Shown here: positions 60,901 through 64,000 of the stretch, piece after piece | Numbering within the stretch: the first letter of the stretch is position 1 | Layout of the letters: each line of letters starts with the position of its first letter | Origin: Octopus bimaculoides | Lineage: Eukaryota | Reading direction: 5' to 3' | Length of the DNA: 64,000 nucleotides | Assembly (NCBI RefSeq): GCF_001194135.2 | Contig: NC_069000.1 | Location: 21,995,742 to 22,059,741, forward strand | Notes under the pieces: generated by a model | What the model was told of the DNA's origin: nothing | What the model saw: the letters and a program-made list of their open reading frames with translations, nothing else | The model's database searches: none | Position numbers and translations under genes: made by a program

Positions 60901-63900
60901 CTTGATTGAATGCTTAATGAGATCCAAGTCATTGATGTGAAAACCCAGAAAATACTAACAAGCACACATAATTTCCACATAAGCAGTGATGTAGACTGCC
61001 TCTACCTAAAACAAAAACAAGGCAGCAGAGGCTTAACATCGATCCAAAATACCTTTGAATGTTGTATCATATTCATTCGGCAACAAGTATCGAAGTGCAT
61101 CCCTTGGCTAAGTTTGCATACATGAGGCTGATAACATTATAAAACTTGGAAGGCAGCTTCTTGAGCAGTATTCCTTGTCTGATAACCTTAAATACATGCT
61201 CAAAGAAGTCGCAGGACTCTACCGCAACGTATTATCATCAGATGAAAGGATGAGCAGAAGATTATTCATGGATATGTTAGTAGAAAGCTCCAAGATGATA
61301 GTAACATTGATCATCAAAGCAGTCATTACTCGAACTGCAAAAATCTGTAAAACTTTCCAGTTTATCATTTTAGTATATATGCGCATGTCTAGATATGCAT
61401 GTATATGCATGAGAAGACATACATGAAACAAAGCATACAGTTCTGCACGTATACATATATATATGCATACAAAAATACCCTGTTGTTGATGTTGAAATTC
61501 CAGTGAAGAAGACTTGGAATTAGGTTAGAAACTGGCTCTTTTTGTATTGGCAAGAAATCTTGAAATAAAACTGAATAATCACACACACACACACACACAC
61601 GCATATATGTATATATATTTCTTCAGGTGCTGAATATTTTCCGAAAACATTGAAAAAAAATTTGTTTCCACCAGAACTTATGGCACATGACGTCACAGGA
61701 AATTCGATTGGCATAATTGGAATGGGAACCATTGGCTACAAGCTGGCAATCAGAGCTCATGCTTTTGAAATGAAGGTACTGTATCATCAAAGGAGACAAA
61801 GATGAGTGTTTGAAGTAGGTTTGTGTATGGGACATTAAGACAAGTCAATTGAAGGATAGATGCATGGATTTTTAGTACTTTCCGAGTCTGGTGGAAGAGG
61901 AATACACATGATTTTTGTAGGCGCTCGAAGACTGGTTAGATAGATATTGTTTGTGTTCTGTTTAAACTATTGAAGGTCAGAAACTGCAGTGAAGACATGA
62001 GTGGGGAGGAGACTTCAGAGAGCCAATGTTCTTGAATGAAGAATTGGGCGTCGTGGTTAGTGCCGCAAGGGTGATGAGAAGTGGGGGAACAAGTGGTATG
62101 GAGGTGGACAGTGTGGGTGGGGCTACGAGACCAGCCAGCTCCGAAGTGTAGAGACTATTATACCAGCAATAGAAAAGAGAGAAAGGAAATAGTAATCCTT
62201 AGGATCAAAGGTTTTGGTGCATCCACTAGTGATAGAATGCTAATTAACCGAATGGTCTTTTACTAGTAGCAATGAAATATCTGTATGAAAAGCAGCTGTG
62301 CAAAACGACATATGGGTTCAGTATCCCCACTGTGGGCTTTACATGAGCCTTGTAACGTGTCAGCAACAGTTGAAGACTGAAATATCTTTCGGGTCAAAGA
62401 GAAAGGCTAGTCATTGAGATGTGATCCTAACTATATTAATGATGTGCTTTTGCCAGGAGAGAACCTTGGTGATAATGGGACCCAGCATTTGGGGCAACTG
62501 TGAAAGCTCATTCTTAAGTGCCACTCATGTTTAGAGGTGCGGTGGTATGAGAAGTGCTTGAGTCATTTTGGTGGGGGTTCTTTTAAAAAAGAAAAGGTTA
62601 GCATGGTCTCCACCGGAGGATACTCGCAAGGTCTCAGTTCATAAAATTAATACAGGTGAGGCATCTAGTATCTAGGCTGTATGTGGATGATGCATGGGTC
62701 GAGACAGTTAGAAAGGAATGAAGAATCGATGTTGTTGCATATGATGGCAAATAGTTTACTTATGTACAGAAGGAAGAGAGTGGGGACCAGAATTGAAGTC
62801 TGGGGAATGCAAATATTGACTGAGAGTGGGGTGGAGAAGGCTTCATAAACATCTGCCATATTAGTGCGATCTGATGGAAGGTTGCCAATCCAAGAGTTGA
62901 GACATAGGTGTAGCTTGTAGATGGGAAGATTGGCAAGACTTTTGCATGCCAAACACAGATGAAGGCTTTGCTGATATCTGGAGCAACAACATTGTTTTCA
63001 CTTAATTTCATTAAAGCCAGATCCCACTGGTGAGTCACATAAAATGTCTCCTATAGATTTGCTCGAAAGACGCCATTAAAATCCGCAAAGTTCTGACAAC
63101 TTTAAATACCCACAGAAATAGTGATAGCGGCAGCCTCTTGCGAGGAAGAGATGAAGGAAGAAGAGATTTGAAATTAGTGCTGACGGGCTTTAAATATCGT
63201 AATGTTTCCTCAGATAACATCTGTTAAACAAAAGCCTGTGAGTAAAATAGTTTCGGTTTACGAACATTTCGATTGAAGGACGGCCTTCAGGAATGATTTA
63301 AATTCATAATCCGAAGTTCCACTCTATCAGCACAAGGCCTGAAATTTTGGAAGAGTTGCTAGTCTATTACGTCGACTCCGGTGCCAACTGGTACTTATTT
63401 CAACGACCCTGAATCCCAACTAGGAAAGTAAAGCCCGAAGAAATGCCACGAAGCATTTTATCCGGCATGTTAAGGATTCTGTGAGCTAATATCAACGTGA
63501 AAAAAGAATAGAAAATTAGCGTACGGTAATTTCCCTTAGATCCACACCTGAATCTTACCTGAATCTTTGCAGTAGGAAGTGCTTCTAACTGCAAACACTA
63601 CTCTTATTCCAGAAGTAAATTCATCCTTTACAATACTAAAAATAGATGCAAAACAGTAAGAACAAAATACTCTTCTTCAAACACACATTCCAGAGACTAA
63701 TTAGCATTGGTGTTAGAATACACAATTAATAAATCAATCAATTTCTTCGACAGATCCAAAGAAGAAGAAGCAAAAGTGGATGCTCAGTTTTATAGTAGCT
63801 TAATGGACATGTTACCATTGTGTGATTATGTTGTGATTACCTGTGCTTTAACACCACAAACATATCATTTGATTGGTCACAAGGAACTGGACGTAATGAA

Positions 63901-63932
63901 GAAGACTGCAACTTTAATCAATATTGCCAGAG
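57611..63932 (+). CDS. 2-hydroxyacid dehydrogenase copy B (inverted paralog), exons 1-3 in window; intron-2 donor non-canonical, possibly a pseudogene
   Basis: Exons 57611-57986, 61627-61801 and 63754-63932 have the same lengths as copy A and open frames; the donor after 61801 reads ATGAGT. Confidence 0.85.
58790..59040 (+). mobile_element. CR1/L2-like LINE 3' fragment
   Basis: LDYWDRLKKLRLCSLHRR...YIICTMWKI. Confidence 0.6.
59050..59880 (+). mobile_element. Gypsy-like gag zinc knuckle, protease and RT start fragment
   Basis: C.FKKAK.FRCGNIGH, VKMLLDTGSDITIV and LRVCADFSTG. Confidence 0.75.
59880..60350 (+). mobile_element. Tc1-like transposase fragment
   Basis: QQRGGGRMIW..IGG..VGP.KVPDGVKMT..AY..FL..HL.PW and PDLNP-like remnants. 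Confidence 0.65.
60750..61170 (+). mobile_element. R4/Dong-like non-LTR fragment
   Basis: HNAFAMSVLIPTFGLLD...IDVKTQKILT..HNFHISSDVDCLYLKQKQGSRGL. Confidence 0.7.
61627..61801 (+). CDS. copy B exon 2
   Basis: 175 nt by homology to copy A, TTCAG acceptor; 3' boundary lacks GT. Confidence 0.8.
62560..63200 (-). mobile_element. CR1/L2/Jockey-like RT relic
   Basis: DISKAF..VWH and PQTSILVPTLFLLYI (degenerate GVPQGSILGP); related remnant near 52400-52960. Confidence 0.6.
63754..63932 (+). CDS. copy B exon 3
   Basis: 179 nt, GACAG acceptor, GTAGGT donor. Confidence 0.9.
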
Positions 63933-64000
63933 GTAGGTACTTCAATTTCTTGTCACTAATAGTTATGGATGTATGACAAACAAAAATAGACAAGTAATAA

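Overview
AT-rich, repeat-dense eukaryotic DNA with assembly gaps. The SINE, RTE and mariner repertoire suggests a coleoid cephalopod, probably Octopus (inference). Two protein-coding loci are present. (1) XRCC1 on the minus strand: 13 coding exons from ATG 38261 to 2475, all splice phases compatible; the last BRCT2 exons lie left of the window or in a gap. (2) A head-to-head inverted duplicate pair of D-2-hydroxyacid dehydrogenase (glyoxylate/hydroxypyruvate reductase-like) genes: a complete 4-exon, 327-aa minus copy (55867-42018) and a plus copy (57611 to beyond 63932). The plus copy's intron-2 donor reads AG|ATGAGT instead of GT. Introns hold tRNA-derived SINEs and relics of RTE, CR1/L2, R4/Dong-like, HERO-like, Penelope, Gypsy, mariner, Tc1, hAT, MULE and possibly piggyBac elements. 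Best leads: a complete type I hammerhead ribozyme fold at 19071-19129; the AT donor that one A-to-I edit would convert to a consensus donor; divergence concentrated in exon 1 of the dehydrogenase pair; three RFX X-boxes around XRCC1 exon 12; a ~600-bp palindrome; and a MITE with an internal 85-bp tandem array. All calls are from manual reading; no searches were run.
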